Part shown: piece by piece, positions 1 to 13,497 of the stretch | How the letters are laid out: every line of letters begins with the position of its first letter | How positions within the stretch are numbered: the first letter of the stretch is position 1 | Assembly (NCBI GenBank): GCA_951406725.2 | Contig: OX597826.1 | Span: forward strand, 72,292,001-72,356,000 | Direction: 5' to 3' | DNA length: 64,000 bases | From: Octopus vulgaris | Taxonomy: Eukaryota | The notes under the pieces: generated by a model | Databases searched by the model: none | Seen by the model: only the letters and a program-made list of their open reading frames with translations | What the model was told of the DNA's origin: nothing | Made by a program: the position numbers and the translations under genes

Positions 1-152
1 GTCACTCTCTGTGTCACGCTGATTATCCCCGAGAACTACGTTAAGGGTACACATGTGTGTGGAATGCTCAGCCATTTGCACGTTAATTTCACGAGCAAGC
101 TGTTCCGTTGATCGTATCAGCTGGGACCCTCGTCGTCGTAACCGGCGGAGTC
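1..152 (+). mobile_element. 3' part of a tRNA-derived CORE-type SINE (same family as 20210-20525)
   Basis: Reverse complement aligns with 20224-20355 (cgttaagggtacac...gcacgttaatttcacgagca...). Confidence 0.75.
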
Positions 153-354
153 TTTTAAATTAATCCAAAACAAACAGTGATGCACTTGTATTTTACCATA
201 TTTTCCAGCATGCAAGTCAGCACAGTATACAATGTAAAATATGTTCTCTAAAGTTGTTCTGGTGTACTAGTCAACTTGTTTCTCCCTCCCTTTCTCTCTC
301 TCTCTCTCTCTCTCTCTTTATCTATCTATCTAAAATATGGTAAATTACAGCATG

Positions 355-525
355 TGTCTGTAGGTGCCATTACATTGTTACATTCTGAGTTCAAATTCTG
401 CTGAGGTCGGCTTTGCCTTTCATCCTTTCAGGATCAATTAAATAAGCACCAGTTATGCACTGGAGTTCATGTAATCGACTTAATCCCTCTACCTGTCCTT
501 GTTTGTCTCCTCTGTAAAGAAATAA
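355..525 (+). mobile_element. SINE family C (tRNA-derived, central gcctttcatcctttc motif), partial copy
   Basis: B-box gagttcaaattc followed by ctttgcctttcatcctttc; matches copies at 15117 and 23549. Confidence 0.75.
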
Positions 526-1109
526 ATATCATGATAGTGAGTGGTTTGTTTGAATTGTTAATTCCTTCATGTATCTGACTTACTTCCCATGCATTCTGCC
601 CATGCAGCTGAATAAGCTGCTTACTTCCTGAAGAAGATAGCTATTCACCTCGGATAAACATTTCCTTGTGTTTGAACTTTATCAAGATTTCTCTCCAATT
701 TAATAAATATTGTTTGCAATGCTTTTAAAAGGATTTCATCTACAATTATAATTTCTTTAATATAACATGAAATTTTTTAGCAAATTAACGTTTAAGTCTG
801 TTTTTGTTATTTTGCTATTTAACCCCTCAGGATCGATGAAATAAAGTATCAGTCAATACTGGGATTGATGATATTGACTAAACCACCCCTTTCCTATCAA
901 AATTGCTGATCTTGTACCTAGATTAGAAACCATTATTGTTACTAAAATTACATACCAACTGCTTGATAGCTAAACATACATGGATAAAAGAAATTTTTAC
1001 AAGATAAGTTGTCACAAAATGCCTTGGGGATAAGTTAGCTGGAATTTTTCTTTTACCAGGCTGCAACAACTTGTTAGTTGTCACAAGATATCTTGTGATC
1101 AGTGTTTAA

Positions 1110-1335
1110 CCCTTTAGCAATTTAATCTGGCCATATCCAGCCTCAAATATTCCACCTGTTTTATTATGTTAAAACTGACTAGGTACAGCTTCTCACGCCC
1201 TACTCTACAATGTTATTCTAAAAATATACAAACACATCATTGAAATTTTGAAGCTACAAAATCATGCCTGATTAATTCAAAGCAACGTGAATAAATAAGC
1301 AAGACATTTGACAACGAAATCTGGTTGCTAAAGGT
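1110..1335 (-). mobile_element. piggyBac-type MITE family P1
   Basis: TTAA|CCCTTTAGCA left end and decayed tgctaaagg right end. Body matches copies at 17063, 42550, 53911, 57198 and 63448. Confidence 0.75.
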
Positions 1336-1613
1336 TTTGTGGTTAAAGCGAATTAACAGATTGATGATAAATAATATAGCAAAACATCGCTAACATTGTA
1401 ACATTGGTGTGAATCGAGGGGGTGACTGTGATTGTGTAGGTGTTTGAGTTTGTTGTAGGAGATACTCACAGCAATCCTAAACCAAGAAATAGTTGAGATG
1501 GGGGAGTTATGTCAAACCTTGCAGCTGAAGGTTTTGCTGATAAGATGACGCAGCATCAAAATATAAATAATGCCATCTTGAAGGTATGGGGAAGAAGAAA
1601 CAATGCATCATTT

Positions 1614-2018
<405 letters not shown>

Positions 2019-2435
2019 TAAGTCTGTTGTATATGCTTTTTATCATTGTCCATCTGGTTTGACAGTCTTTGTTAATCTTGTTGTGGTTGGCCTTACCAAA
2101 GAAGGTGCAAAGATGCTTTGGCAATTTTGTTGTCTCTCCATCATCGCAGCTAAAATCAATTCTTCCAAAAGGCTGCTTTATTTTCTGTTGTTATATTTTT
2201 CTGTCAAACACCCGTAGGCTAATAATATATATCATATTGAGATCATCTGGACAGAAAAATTCCATCAGAGATTGGGATTTATCAATAGTTCAATCCTTAT
2301 GTTCCCCTAGCTGTGTGACTGCAAAACAGCTGACTTAGTCTGTGACGTGAGAGATTTTAACAAATGGAGTGCTCTTTTCTCATCTTCATCTGGAGAAACA
2401 AGTTATTTATTCTTGTCTCTTTCTTCTTTCTACAG

Positions 2436-2955
2436 AGACTACATGGATAGATTCCTCGACCAAGACCAGGATAGCCCGTCTCCTGCAACAACAAGGGACC
2501 GGTCGTCTAGTCCGAATTTTAGCATGCTGATTTACGGAGATCAGAAACGTCACCAGCTGAAACCCACAATAGATGTTGACAACCTCACCAACTTCCAGTC
2601 TATAGGCAGCTTATCTGTATTGGATAACTCTAGCAGTACTAAAGTTTTAGACTCTGCTGTAGATCATCACAATGTCGACACAAACAGCAATGGACCAGGC
2701 AAGCAGGTCATTTCTCGGCTTGAAAGACATGACGACGTTTCCGACGACACGTTAGAGCCACCTAGTGCCAAAAAATGTAAACTTGACTTGAAAAGTGAAA
2801 TAGAGATGAATTATTCAGCTAAACATTTCTTAGAGTCAAATCTCTTGAACCCGCTGACACTGACAGAAGTATCAAAGCTTTCAAACGATAACACACTGGC
2901 CTCTGGGGAGTCGCTACACTTCTCACAGCCAACAGCTGAGTCTGTCGCACAGTAA
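2436..2955 (+). CDS. MIER1: MIER-family gene, last coding exon (C-terminal low-complexity tail with basic NLS-like motif)
   Basis: Polypyrimidine tract and tacag|A at 2435/2436. The phase-2 junction gives HPGIT-DYMDRFLD, matching MIER1 HPGVTDYMDRLLD. Frame is open to TAA at 2953-2955. Confidence 0.9.
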
Positions 2956-5900
2956 AAACAGTAAAAAACTGAAATTACGTTAAAAGACAAAACAGAAACT
3001 CATAAAACAGACAGTAAATAAATTTGAAATAAAAAAAAAAGAGAAAAAAAAATGTAAATGTGAAGTTAACAGTGCGACTGTTCAGATGAGGGGTGGGAGG
3101 GAGGGAGGGGATGGGTGGATGGGGGGGACACATTCCAGGAGAATACCAGACATTGTGCAATAAACTGGTTGCACACACACACACATATACATACATATAT
3201 ACACACATACACACACTCATGCACGTATGTACAAAGTGTATGGCTGACATGATGTATTGACTGTTATTGGGGGAGAAAATTGCCTACACTGTTGTACCAT
3301 CTTGTCCTCTCATTCTTCTTTCATTCTGCCCCCTTTTCCAAGCTTCTTCTGTGTAATTTCTCTCCTGAAAAAGTTTCACAAAGGTCTCTTACTTTAAAAA
3401 TGTATTGCTGGGAATCCCAGCCTCTCTATCTCTCTTCTCTCTCTTTCTCCTCTCTATCTCTCTTCTCTCTCTTTCTCCTCTCTCTCTCTCACTCTCTGAC
3501 TAAAATAATTATAAAACACCAATTATTAAAATTAATTATTTTCTTTTTTTTTTTTTTTTCTTTTTAAATTACAGTCGATTTTGGAAAAGGCAATTTAAAA
3601 AAAGAATAATGGTCAGAGTGATGATGGGGAGAGAATAGAGAGAAAAAAAAAGTAAATTTCGAGTACGTCAGGACACAATACCTACCCCTGCTCCTCTCAG
3701 CAATACTCCTGTACCTCAAAAGTTCTTCGCTCTATTTCTGTTACCGGTGAAAGTAATCAAGTGTAGCCGGTCACCGTCAGTACTCGGTCCTTTGTTAAAT
3801 CTCTGCGTGTGCACGCGCGCAGCTGCTGGAGTTGAAAGTAGAAGAAAAAGTTGGCAACCCAAAGGTTTCTTGTATTTCACTGTTCCACGTGTAAACGTTT
3901 CTTATCAACATAAGAAATTGCATATTGTTCCCAAAACTTGTGTACTATCATTCTGTGAGAGGGGGACCCCCACAACCCCCCCTTTAATACGTTGTCTCCC
4001 TGTCGATGAAATGGTTTCATTGTCAACATAAGCAACACAACTTTCAACAATAGGCAAAAGGAAATGGTGAAATTTTGAAAAACGCTCTCCTCCCGCCTTC
4101 CCCTTCAGTTTTTCTAACTTTCCACCTGCTACTGTAAAATAATGACTGACATACATACATACATATATGCACGCCCCCCCCCCCAAACACACACACACAG
4201 AAATGTATGTATATTTATTGGTACTACACCGAAACACATCACATTGAAAAGAAGGTTGATGAGAAAAAAATCTTTAAAATTGGAAAAACAAAATAATTAA
4301 AAAAATTACAAAAAAAAAACAAAAACAACAAATGACAGACATTTCTCCGAGCAACAGTTTTTGCTGGGAACTATTTATGGAAAAGGACATCATAAATTAT
4401 ACACAATCTCTCTCTTTTCATTTTTTTTTTTTCCTGTTTTTTTTTTTTCCGGCTGATGTTCAGCTTACTAAAACAGCTGATTTTTAACAAAACATTTGAA
4501 GAAAAGCAAAATACAACTTGAATTCCAAACTGATCCCTCCAACCGAACCATTTTTTAAAAAAACTAATTCACAGGCCATAACTAGAAATCATCTTAAACT
4601 AAATCTTATTCATTTGTCTTTTCCTTTACTCTTCTTCATTTTTGTTTGCCTTTTTTTTTTTTAATTGTCTTTTTTTTTGTTTTCTTTGAGGGTTACATCT
4701 GGCCAGACAGACTGTTTCGCGTAATGTATGTGGGACTGCACTAAGCCCTGCTCCACCTAGTTTGTAAATAGGGTGTCTTGGAGAGGTACGGTCCACTTCC
4801 GCTATATACATATATAACTGGTGACTGTTTTTGTTACCAGTGCAGTACTGAGTTCAAAATCTAATTGTGGGCTTGGAATGGGTCCAGGGAAAGTTTTCAG
4901 TGAGGTCCCAACTCCCGAGGTAGTTTTTCTGTCATCACTTAACTGTGTCTGCTATTGTTTTTTTTCTCCCTAGTTTCTCATAATCGGTGTTCCTCCTTCA
5001 TGTTTTTGCCTCTCTCCTGTTTTGGGATGGGGGACATAACAACATTAGTCCAATATTTCCTTCTTTCCATACTTGACACATGAGCTAATCCATTCAATCT
5101 GCTGGCTGGCACACATTTTGACTTCTACATACTGGTAATCCTTATCATCACTTAGTGTTGTCTAAAAACAATATATACATACATACATATATATATATAT
5201 GTAGAATCACCTGTAGCCCTCGCCACACTACTTCAGTCTTTTCCTCCCCTCTGCCTTGAATCACCCGACTTTGTTCTCAATGCTGAGGCCTTCTAACTCT
5301 CACCCACCAAACCCTCCTTGCTCTACATAAACTCTCAGTAGACAAACAGACAGACTACTTCGGATCATCTTGTGATACTTCTTTATTATTCTCTCCTTTA
5401 ATTCCACACATTTTGACTCATTTTCTTTTTCAGTTTGTGTGTGTGTGTGTGTATGTATGTATGTAAATATATGTGGTTACATTGTAGCAATTTAGAAACT
5501 TCAAGAGACATGGAAATAGTTTGTTTTTAACTGGAACTTGAAGCAGATAAAGCAATATGTACTAGCATATGCGTCTTGGGTTTTAAAAAAGCCATTTGGA
5601 TAGCCTTTAACTTTCTCTGTCCAAAGGAATTTTTTAATCCAACATTTACATATTACTAAATATATTTTTATCTGCTTTGAGTTCTCCAGTTAAAAGCATA
5701 TATATATACACACACATATACATATATAACTATTTTACAAATACAATGAGTTTTTATTTCGGTGCAAAGTCTACCAAAGGGCTCTGTAGAAAAATTTCAA
5801 ATTATGATTATATATAATGTAGTAGATATAAACACAGTGAAAGAACCAATATATACTTAAGATAAGTACATATTTTTTTGCCCTTCCCTTTCTAGTAGAC

Positions 5901-6291
5901 TTAAATGATGTTTGTCTTCAACAGGCTGCAAATGCTACATGAAGTATTGAAATATGCATGTTTATATAGACTCAAAGCTTACATGAAGCAAGTTTATGTA
6001 CATTAAGGATTATGCTGAACTGTTGCGGAACTCGGCACTGAAATACAGCGATGTTGTATAGGAGAAAATATTTTTAGTTATATGGTTTCTGTTCTGTATT
6101 TTAGATACTGAATCCAGAATAAGTAGATATTTGGATTGCATGGCATTTCAGCTTTGTTCATAACATACCTCAGTTTGCTGTATACATATGCGTAGTTCAC
6201 ACTGCATTTTTTTCCAGTAGCCTGCAAAGTAACACCAACACGCACACACATGTAAAAGGATACATAGTCATACAGGCATATATACATACAT

Positions 6292-6295
<4 letters not shown>

Positions 6296-6371
<76 letters not shown>

Positions 6372-6385
6372 ATATGTATATATAT
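6296..6385. repeat. (TA)n microsatellite
   Basis: Long pure TA run. Similar runs at ~8267-8300, 25786-25850, 28918-28950 and 30975-31200. Confidence 0.95.
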
Positions 6386-7023
6386 GTATGTATTGTGTGT
6401 GTCATCCAGAAAGTGTTACTCCGAACAAATATATATTTTAATATGTATATACTTGGGTTATTTTTTTTTTTCTCCATTCCCACTACCACATTATACTTTA
6501 TAATATATTTATAAATATAGATGCATGTGTGTGTGTATATATGTTTATAGATATGTGTATGATATAAAATATACGTACACACACATGTATACATCTGCAG
6601 ACACACATGTATGCATTTGTGCTTGAGGGTGTGAGTGTGTGTATGTTTGGTTTATGTTTCAAATTCATTATCTTCTTATGTTTTCTTTGTTTTTGAACAA
6701 AAAAATTATCTTTTGAAATACTTCTTTCATTGTATTGTAAATATATAATATAATGCATATACACTTTTTTTTTTTTTTTTTCTTCTTCCATCTCTGATTT
6801 TCTCTAAAAAAAAAAAAAATTATTTAATGGTATAATGCCTGGAATATATGTACCCATCACATCACCATCGTTGTTGCTGCTCGTTATGTACCCTATACAT
6901 ACTCAGTGTGTACATATATATATATTCATTCATTCATGTGTATATGTGTGGATGTACATGTACATATTTTCATCTATGTATGAATGTACATCATCACATA
7001 TATTCAGATATGTATTGATGTCC

Positions 7024-7054
<31 letters not shown>

Positions 7055-8263
7055 AATGTGTGTGTATATGTTATATGTAAATTTTTATGAGAACTGTTCC
7101 ATGGTAAACCTCATTTTTGTTTTCTCACCTTGCATATAGATGTTGGTGTTGCATTCTAAAGGGGAGCACTACACCTCCCAACGATTCTGGGGTGGGTGCC
7201 TGCACTGCTCTTTAGTTTTGTCTCAACACCACCAACAACAACGACAATTGTGTTAATTTAAAAAAAACTCTGGACAAGGGCTCTCACTGCTGGTCTGTTG
7301 GCAGTAGCAGTGATGATACAAGCGCAGCAGACATCACATCATTACCATTTAAAAAAACCTGTTCCTTGCCTTCTTTTTACCTGGCCCGCTCACTTATTTA
7401 TATAAAAAAAAAAAATAACGATCATTTTTTTTTTTTTTTTTCTACCCTTTCACCTCTATCTTCTACTTACTCTACTATCATGTTACAGAAAAAGTTTGGC
7501 CTGGATTCTGAGAGTTGACAGTGATCGTGAACAAGACAACAACAATTAAAAAAAAAAAACAAAAAACAAAAAAAAAAGGTTGACAGTTGCTGTACATATC
7601 CACAGCCACTGGACATTGTAGGATATTTTTACACAAAATAAATTGTCTACTTGAATATCTCTGCATGTTTATATAAATAGCTTGCCACTAATTATATATC
7701 CCTATGCATTCACTTGATATCAGTTGATTACAAACTCTTGTCTCACCTTTTTATTTATTCATTTTTGCTTTTCCTATATATATATTTTATATATATATTT
7801 CAAGATGAGGAGTAATTTTAGCTCAACCTTCTATGAGCTTCTGGATGGAAGCAGTCATCTAACTCTTTTAAGAAACTCTCTAAATTGCAAGCCAGGTTGA
7901 ATTTCTCAACGTTTAACCTTGAAGTAGGATTGGTTATTATTTTATTATTTCAAAACAAGTTTAAGGATAACAACAGACCCATTACTAATGGTCTGACTCC
8001 ATACTGAGACTCAAGTGACATCTGTGAAGATCAAGTTCACTTGGACATTACCATGTGTGTGTGTGTGTATGCTATTCACTCGACCATTTTATAATTTGAG
8101 TACAATGTTTGCACTTGCTATATACAACTAATGTTTAATGTGTGTGTGTATATTATATAAGAAATGCATTCTGTGTTATACTTAGGTAATCACATGTTCG
8201 TGAATAGTAGTGTACACCTGTATACCTGTGTTATATACCTGACATAGTTATTGTCACTACTTC

Positions 8264-8303
<40 letters not shown>

Positions 8304-8855
8304 AATGTACAAGTAAGGTATGGTTCTCCCACCTGTCTAAAAGGTCTGTAATTCCAGATAATAACTCATATTTGACATGAGAAAGTAACCAAAAGCGCAT
8401 GAACAGTACATGGAATAAGGCACAGGAAAAAAGATGTAAACATACCACTTTGTGTGGCTGCTGGAGATTTTAATTCATTCCTAGGTCTCATGCTGTTCAC
8501 TTTCGTGTCAAGATGAATTGTTTCCATTGATAAAAACAAAACTGTTTGTGAATATGACAGTAGGCGTTTGGTATTTGTGTGTTTTAGTGTTGGGTAAAGA
8601 TTTTGTCTGAAAGTTTGTTCCTTTTGGAACAGGAAATTAAGTTCTTAGCAAAATAGAGGTTTTACAAAAACGTATTGGGCTAAATTCACGTCTCCATGGG
8701 AGCAACAGACTTAAATAAAATATAGCTGCATAATGTGGCCTTAAATATCTGGAAAGACTTTCTGATCATGGAGGTGGAAAGTGTTTCTAATTATCAGGTG
8801 GAAATAATGGCAGGAAGGATGAGCTACAGATCCATTAGAAATGGTGCAGAGTGTG

Positions 8856-9140
8856 AAGGTGTGTAGTCTGGTGGTCAGGGTGGTGACCTCACAATCATAA
8901 GATTGTGGGTTCAATTCCTGAACAGAGGGGCACACTGTGACTTAGAGTGGGGTCACTTCATTTCTCTCTGCTCACCTCTATTGTGCCAATCTCACTCTCT
9001 CCCCTTTAGTTGTTGTTACATTTTCAATACTCTGAGCCAAGGGCTGAAGAGCTCGGACATTGTCTCTGCTCACAACTACACAGGTATCCAAAGCATGGTA
9101 CTTACTGCATACAAAGTCACACTCACTTGTGAATGACAGC
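8856..9140 (+). mobile_element. Old tRNA-derived SINE
   Basis: Decayed A-box (tagtctggtggtcag) and B-box (ggttcaattcc) followed by a CORE-like segment. Confidence 0.45.
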
Positions 9141-9454
9141 TGTTCTTACCTGTCCTACTCTGCAGGTTAACATTAGAGAGAAGCTGCAGTGTAGTGCAAT
9201 TAAAAGCAATGTGCTAAAAACAATTAATTACCGTTGAGTTAACTTGAACATTGTTTTCTGAAATAAATTACATTACAGATTTTATAAATAGTATAATAGT
9301 TGAATTACCATATACTAAATATGAATATAATCTGCTGGCTTCATTTGTATATAAACATATTTTTTATTAATATTTAGCAGAAGCAATGGTGACTGAAGGG
9401 ATGAGAGATTCGTGTGTTGGCACTTATCGAACTGAGTTGCTTCTGTTAAATATT

Positions 9455-9460
9455 AATAAA
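9455..9460 (+). terminator. Candidate polyadenylation signal AATAAA
   Basis: AATAAA followed by a U/GU-rich stretch (catgttttgagttctatttttcctgttt) near the end of the TE-poor region. Other signals are possible. Confidence 0.3.
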
Positions 9461-10904
9461 ATACATATATATTCTCATGTTTTGAGTTCTATTTTTCCTG
9501 TTTACATCACGAAACCTGTAACCAAAACACTTGGATGCTGAAATTTAGCTTTTCATTAAACAATCGAATGTCCAAATGGTAAACAGCCTCTATTAAAAAT
9601 GAGCATCTGTCCATCCTTGTGCAAAATCCTGTAGTAATAAATGCAGGGGTTGTACTTTTATTTTCAAGTGTATAAATTGAATTTGGTTTATAAGATATGG
9701 CACTTGAATTTTTTTATATAAATATAAACTAATTTGAATGGGAAGCATTTAAAATAAGATATGTGAATGAATGCAGTGTTCCAATATATACTGTCTATGC
9801 AGTGTCGTTCAAGAGTAATTAATTAGGGTGAGGAGAATTTATTAGTTCATTCATTACAACCTTTTAGTCTTATACTGTCTCTTGAATCCTCTGTTTTACC
9901 TCAAGAGGACCTTGGATTTTTTGTTCATGCATTTTCCTGAATAAGATCTGGATCTCCCTATGGAATTTGGTTAAAGATTCATTGCAAAATGGCATTTCAT
10001 TACAAAAGTCAATGATTTGTGCATATGTATGTATATAATACATACACTGTCACATGTGCTAGCCAATAATCAGAACTACTGGACTTGATGCCTGCACTGC
10101 CTTATCGTTCCTGATTGAGCAGGCCTATGATAATAGCCATTCTGACCATGACCATCTTGGTCTACATTATCAAATGTGTCATCTTATCTGTTAAGAATAG
10201 TAGAGTGTAATTCTTCAGGTTAGACAACATATTTGAATCCAGTGTAACTTAGCATAATTGTCTCTAAATTTCCAGTCTGTACTTTTGGACACTAATTTCC
10301 AGAGCAAAGAACTGTAGTATAATAATCTCATATGTGAATTATATGTATGTTAATGTTTGCCTTTCCATGCTGCCATGGGTTGAATGGGTCACTGCAGACA
10401 ATCATTTGAAGTTAGTACCCTTCTGGATAGGTTGGGAACTGTCTATGGGTGGCAGCTCTTTCTATCACTAACCACTTTACAAAGCATATTGGGTGCACCA
10501 ATCTTGTTCTAGCAATTAATTTGTCCCTGACAAGACTAAAGATGTCATTTTTACTGTATGTTGCCTTAGTTGTTTCATCACCAGTAAATAGAAATGGTGA
10601 AAGACAGCTACATGGCAATTGTGTAAGGAGGGCAATTGTGTAAGGAGGGCAATTAATGTCAAGAATGAGTGACAGAAGAGAGATAGGGAAACAAGGTATG
10701 AGTGAGTGAAGGTAGTGACTACAAAGTATGATGGTAAGTAGGTGACAGAGATGGACAGATCTGTGTGATGCCATACTTCATTTCTCAAGTATAGAGATAG
10801 TTATCAGAAAGTGGGGGATAATTAAAAGAGGAGAGTGAAATATAGAAATTTATTGTAGCATAATAGTTAGGAGAGACTTGAATGTAGACATCCCAGTTTG
10901 CATT

Positions 10905-11500
10905 GCAACTATTTTGCATCCATTTTTTTCCACTCTTGCATGGCTTAGATAAGTTCTCTAGTTCAGCACTTTGCCACTAGTTAGTCTTGTGTTCTCTTGA
11001 GATCAGACCTCACCACTTCATCCTATATTTTCCTTGGCTTCTTTCTTATATATAATCCATATGGACTCCTCAGTACTTATACAACATAGTCTATATATAT
11101 TATATGTTCTACCAGTGTAATCTCTCTTGCATGCTACATCCTACTCTTGTTCCACTTTCTCTCTCTCTCAACTCATTTGTGCTGCATCATTCACGCAAAC
11201 CAACACAACTCCTCCACCAGTGCATACTTGCCTCATTTCATTTCAACCATTGCAAATTGTTCGCATTCAAAACCCAGTCTCACCTCCCTGTAACATTATA
11301 TTTCCTACACAAGCATTGTAGACATTCTTTATTGCCAGCAGAGTTAATGACACCCTTGAATTTCTTTTTACATTTGTCTTACTCTAAAACCTAGCCCCTC
11401 TATTACTGATTTGTCACCTGGGTAACAAAGTTATCAGCCATTTCTATGGAGCTTTCTAGGCATTTCAAGTATGCCTCTGTCTGGGATGATAATGGCATAC
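10905..11500 (-). mobile_element. Decayed RTE-clade LINE fragment
   Basis: Minus strand resembles the RTE ORF C-terminus (STNELREK... toward RRLRWYGHV-like sequence), with many stops. Confidence 0.5.
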
Positions 11501-12241
11501 ATGCCCTTACTGTTAATGAAAAGGAAAATGACATAGAAGTGCTATTATGAGAGGTTGAACAAAGAACGCATGAATGAAAGGGAGTCTACCTTGTGCTCAC
11601 CCAACAGAGGGACCAACAATTCAAGTTGAAAGCATTATAGTAAATAGAGTAATTAATAACATGAAGTTGTGGTAAGTTGCTGGTCCATCTTGAATAGTTA
11701 TGGAGATGCTCAAAATATCCAAGGAAGTAGGATACATGCTTGTCACCCAAACAATTAAACAGGTAATTTAGAAGTATCATGCTCAATGATTGACGTAGCA
11801 GGTAGGATCATTGTAAACTGCTGCAGAGGCAAAGGAAATAAACAAGAGAGAGGTATCAAATTTTGGGATTAGGCTGTGAAGATCATAGCATAATTGATCA
11901 CAAACAGCATTAGACTAGATAATATTTTGGTTTTATGCCCAGAAGAGATACCACAGATGGCCATTTTCTAGTGAGGCTACTGACAGAGCTGTACTTAGTT
12001 CAGAGCAGCTACTATACCCAGCTTTCATTGATTTGGGGGAAGGCCTTTAATAGGGTACTATGGTCTGTAATCTGGTGGCCACTAAGGAAACTAGGAGTTG
12101 AAAATACATTTTACCTGAAGATATGACCCATTAAGGCTCTGCTTTTAACCATTTCCTGTCCAGCATGGTCCTACAGGTCATCAGAGTGGAGCTTAAAATT
12201 GATTGTCTGTGGGATGCTGATGATCTGGTTCTTAATGGCTG

Positions 12242-12435
12242 TTGTTAAGCAACAAGACGGGTAAGGGTGATTAGGTGATGGTCTAGGGGTTAGGGACAGG
12301 AGACCCCAGACCTTGGGAAAAAAAGACTTTGGTCGTTTTGTAGTCGAGGGCTCTTCATTGACGCCCGACACCACTGGGAGGTGGCCCTCGAATTCACTGG
12401 AATTGGAGATCTCCAGGTCCAAATTCTTGAACGGC
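12242..12435 (-). mobile_element. 194-bp unclassified retro-insertion with 14-bp TSD
   Basis: GTTCTTAATGGCTG is duplicated exactly at 12228-12241 and 12436-12449. The insert is GC- and CpG-rich. Strand inferred from an (AAC)-like end. Confidence 0.8.
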
Positions 12436-12724
12436 GTTCTTAATGGCTGAAAGTTTAGTTGATTTAGAGAAGAGATTCCAAATGCTGAAGCAGAACCTAG
12501 AATTGAGAGGCCACAAGGTAAGTTTAGCAAAAGCTTAGTAGGAAGTAAGACTGGCCCCTTATACTATCAGAGAAATGGCTGTGATGAATATACAGAAAGT
12601 AGTGGGTACAAACAACATATGCTGTACCTAGGGTAAGCTATGGACACACAAGTGCTGTAGTAGTGGAATCACAGGTTTAGCATGTAACATGCAATAAGCA
12701 CTCACAGGAAATAACTTCTGTTAA

Positions 12725-12941
12725 CCCTTTTGTTACCATATTTCTGTTGAGATGTTTTGTGTTTCTTTCAATTACTTTAAATATAACAAAGAATTTAGTA
12801 AACTTAGTTATCATTCAGCTAATGTTAGGAACATAAACTGTGACTAAGGTTTGGTGGAAGATTTTAATTTAGAACTTCTGAAAACAAGACATTTGTACTA
12901 CAGAGCCAGAGGCCGTTTCAGGCAGGTTGGTAACAAAAGGG
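12725..12941 (+). mobile_element. piggyBac-type MITE family P2
   Basis: TTAA TSDs at 12721-12724 and 12942-12945. Perfect 14-bp TIR CCCTTTTGTTACCA/TGGTAACAAAAGGG. Confidence 0.92.
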
Positions 12942-13497
12942 TTAAGTACACAGAAAGCTTACTAGAAGTCAATGATAGTTTTTGTTACCTAGGTGACATA
13001 AATGGAGGCAGTTGCTTCAAAAGCAAGCTAGTCATGGTAAAAATGAGTTGGAAAATTCAGGGTGCAGTTGCCCTTACTAGAAACAAAATGTTTCTCTCTC
13101 AAAGGGCAAATTAAAATGCTGCATGGGTAGTGAATTGTGGGTCTTTAATGTGGATGACAGAGAGGCTAAAAAGAAATGAAGCAAGCAGGTTTCTGTGGAT
13201 GTGTAATGATACAAATGAGCCGAGTATAAGAGGAATCGGATGTACTGAGAAAGGAAAAAATGTAGGTATGGAGTATGAAGAAATGACAAGTACTCTTAAG
13301 TTTGTGGAACCTTTGGAAAAGAGAGAGAAACTGGGGAAGAGTAAGTGATGACTGATCTGAAAATGATGCATTTCATGGGAGAGATGACAAAGGGTCACAT
13401 TGATTGGTAATACACAGTGCTGGTGTAAACTTGACCAATGGTCAAAGAATGGGGATGTATGTACATTGAAATTAGGGTAGGTGAATGTGTGTATATA

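Larger units (their letters stand above)
2956..9480 (+). other. Putative long 3'UTR of the MIER gene (3' end uncertain)
   Basis: Follows the stop codon. No recognisable SINE or MITE from 2956 to ~8850, unlike the rest of the window. Contains U/A tracts and several TGTAHATA motifs. Confidence 0.5.
11700..13440 (+). mobile_element. Decayed RTE-clade LINE reverse transcriptase, interrupted by two insertions
   Basis: KAFNRVLWSVIWWPLRKLGVE (RTE KAFDRV..WWALRKLGV), ADDLVL/MAES at ~12212-12455, then LLEVNDSFCYLGD and LKRNEASRFLWMCN. Confidence 0.8.

Noticed and set aside
628-670. CTGAAGA motif as a third hammerhead
   Set aside because: No convincing helix II or GAAA-NUH arrangement could be built.
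2347-2435. 5' part of the 202-aa ORF as coding sequence
   Set aside because: It is intron ending in a polypyrimidine tract and CAG; MIER homology starts at 2436.
7805-7900. Alternative MIER terminal exon (alpha-like isoform)
   Set aside because: An acceptor-like caag exists, but there is no strong upstream donor in the last exon and no recognisable homology.
12171-12530. 119-aa minus-strand ORF as a gene
   Set aside because: It spans the junctions of the 194-bp insert and antisense RTE sequence, so it is a chance fusion frame.
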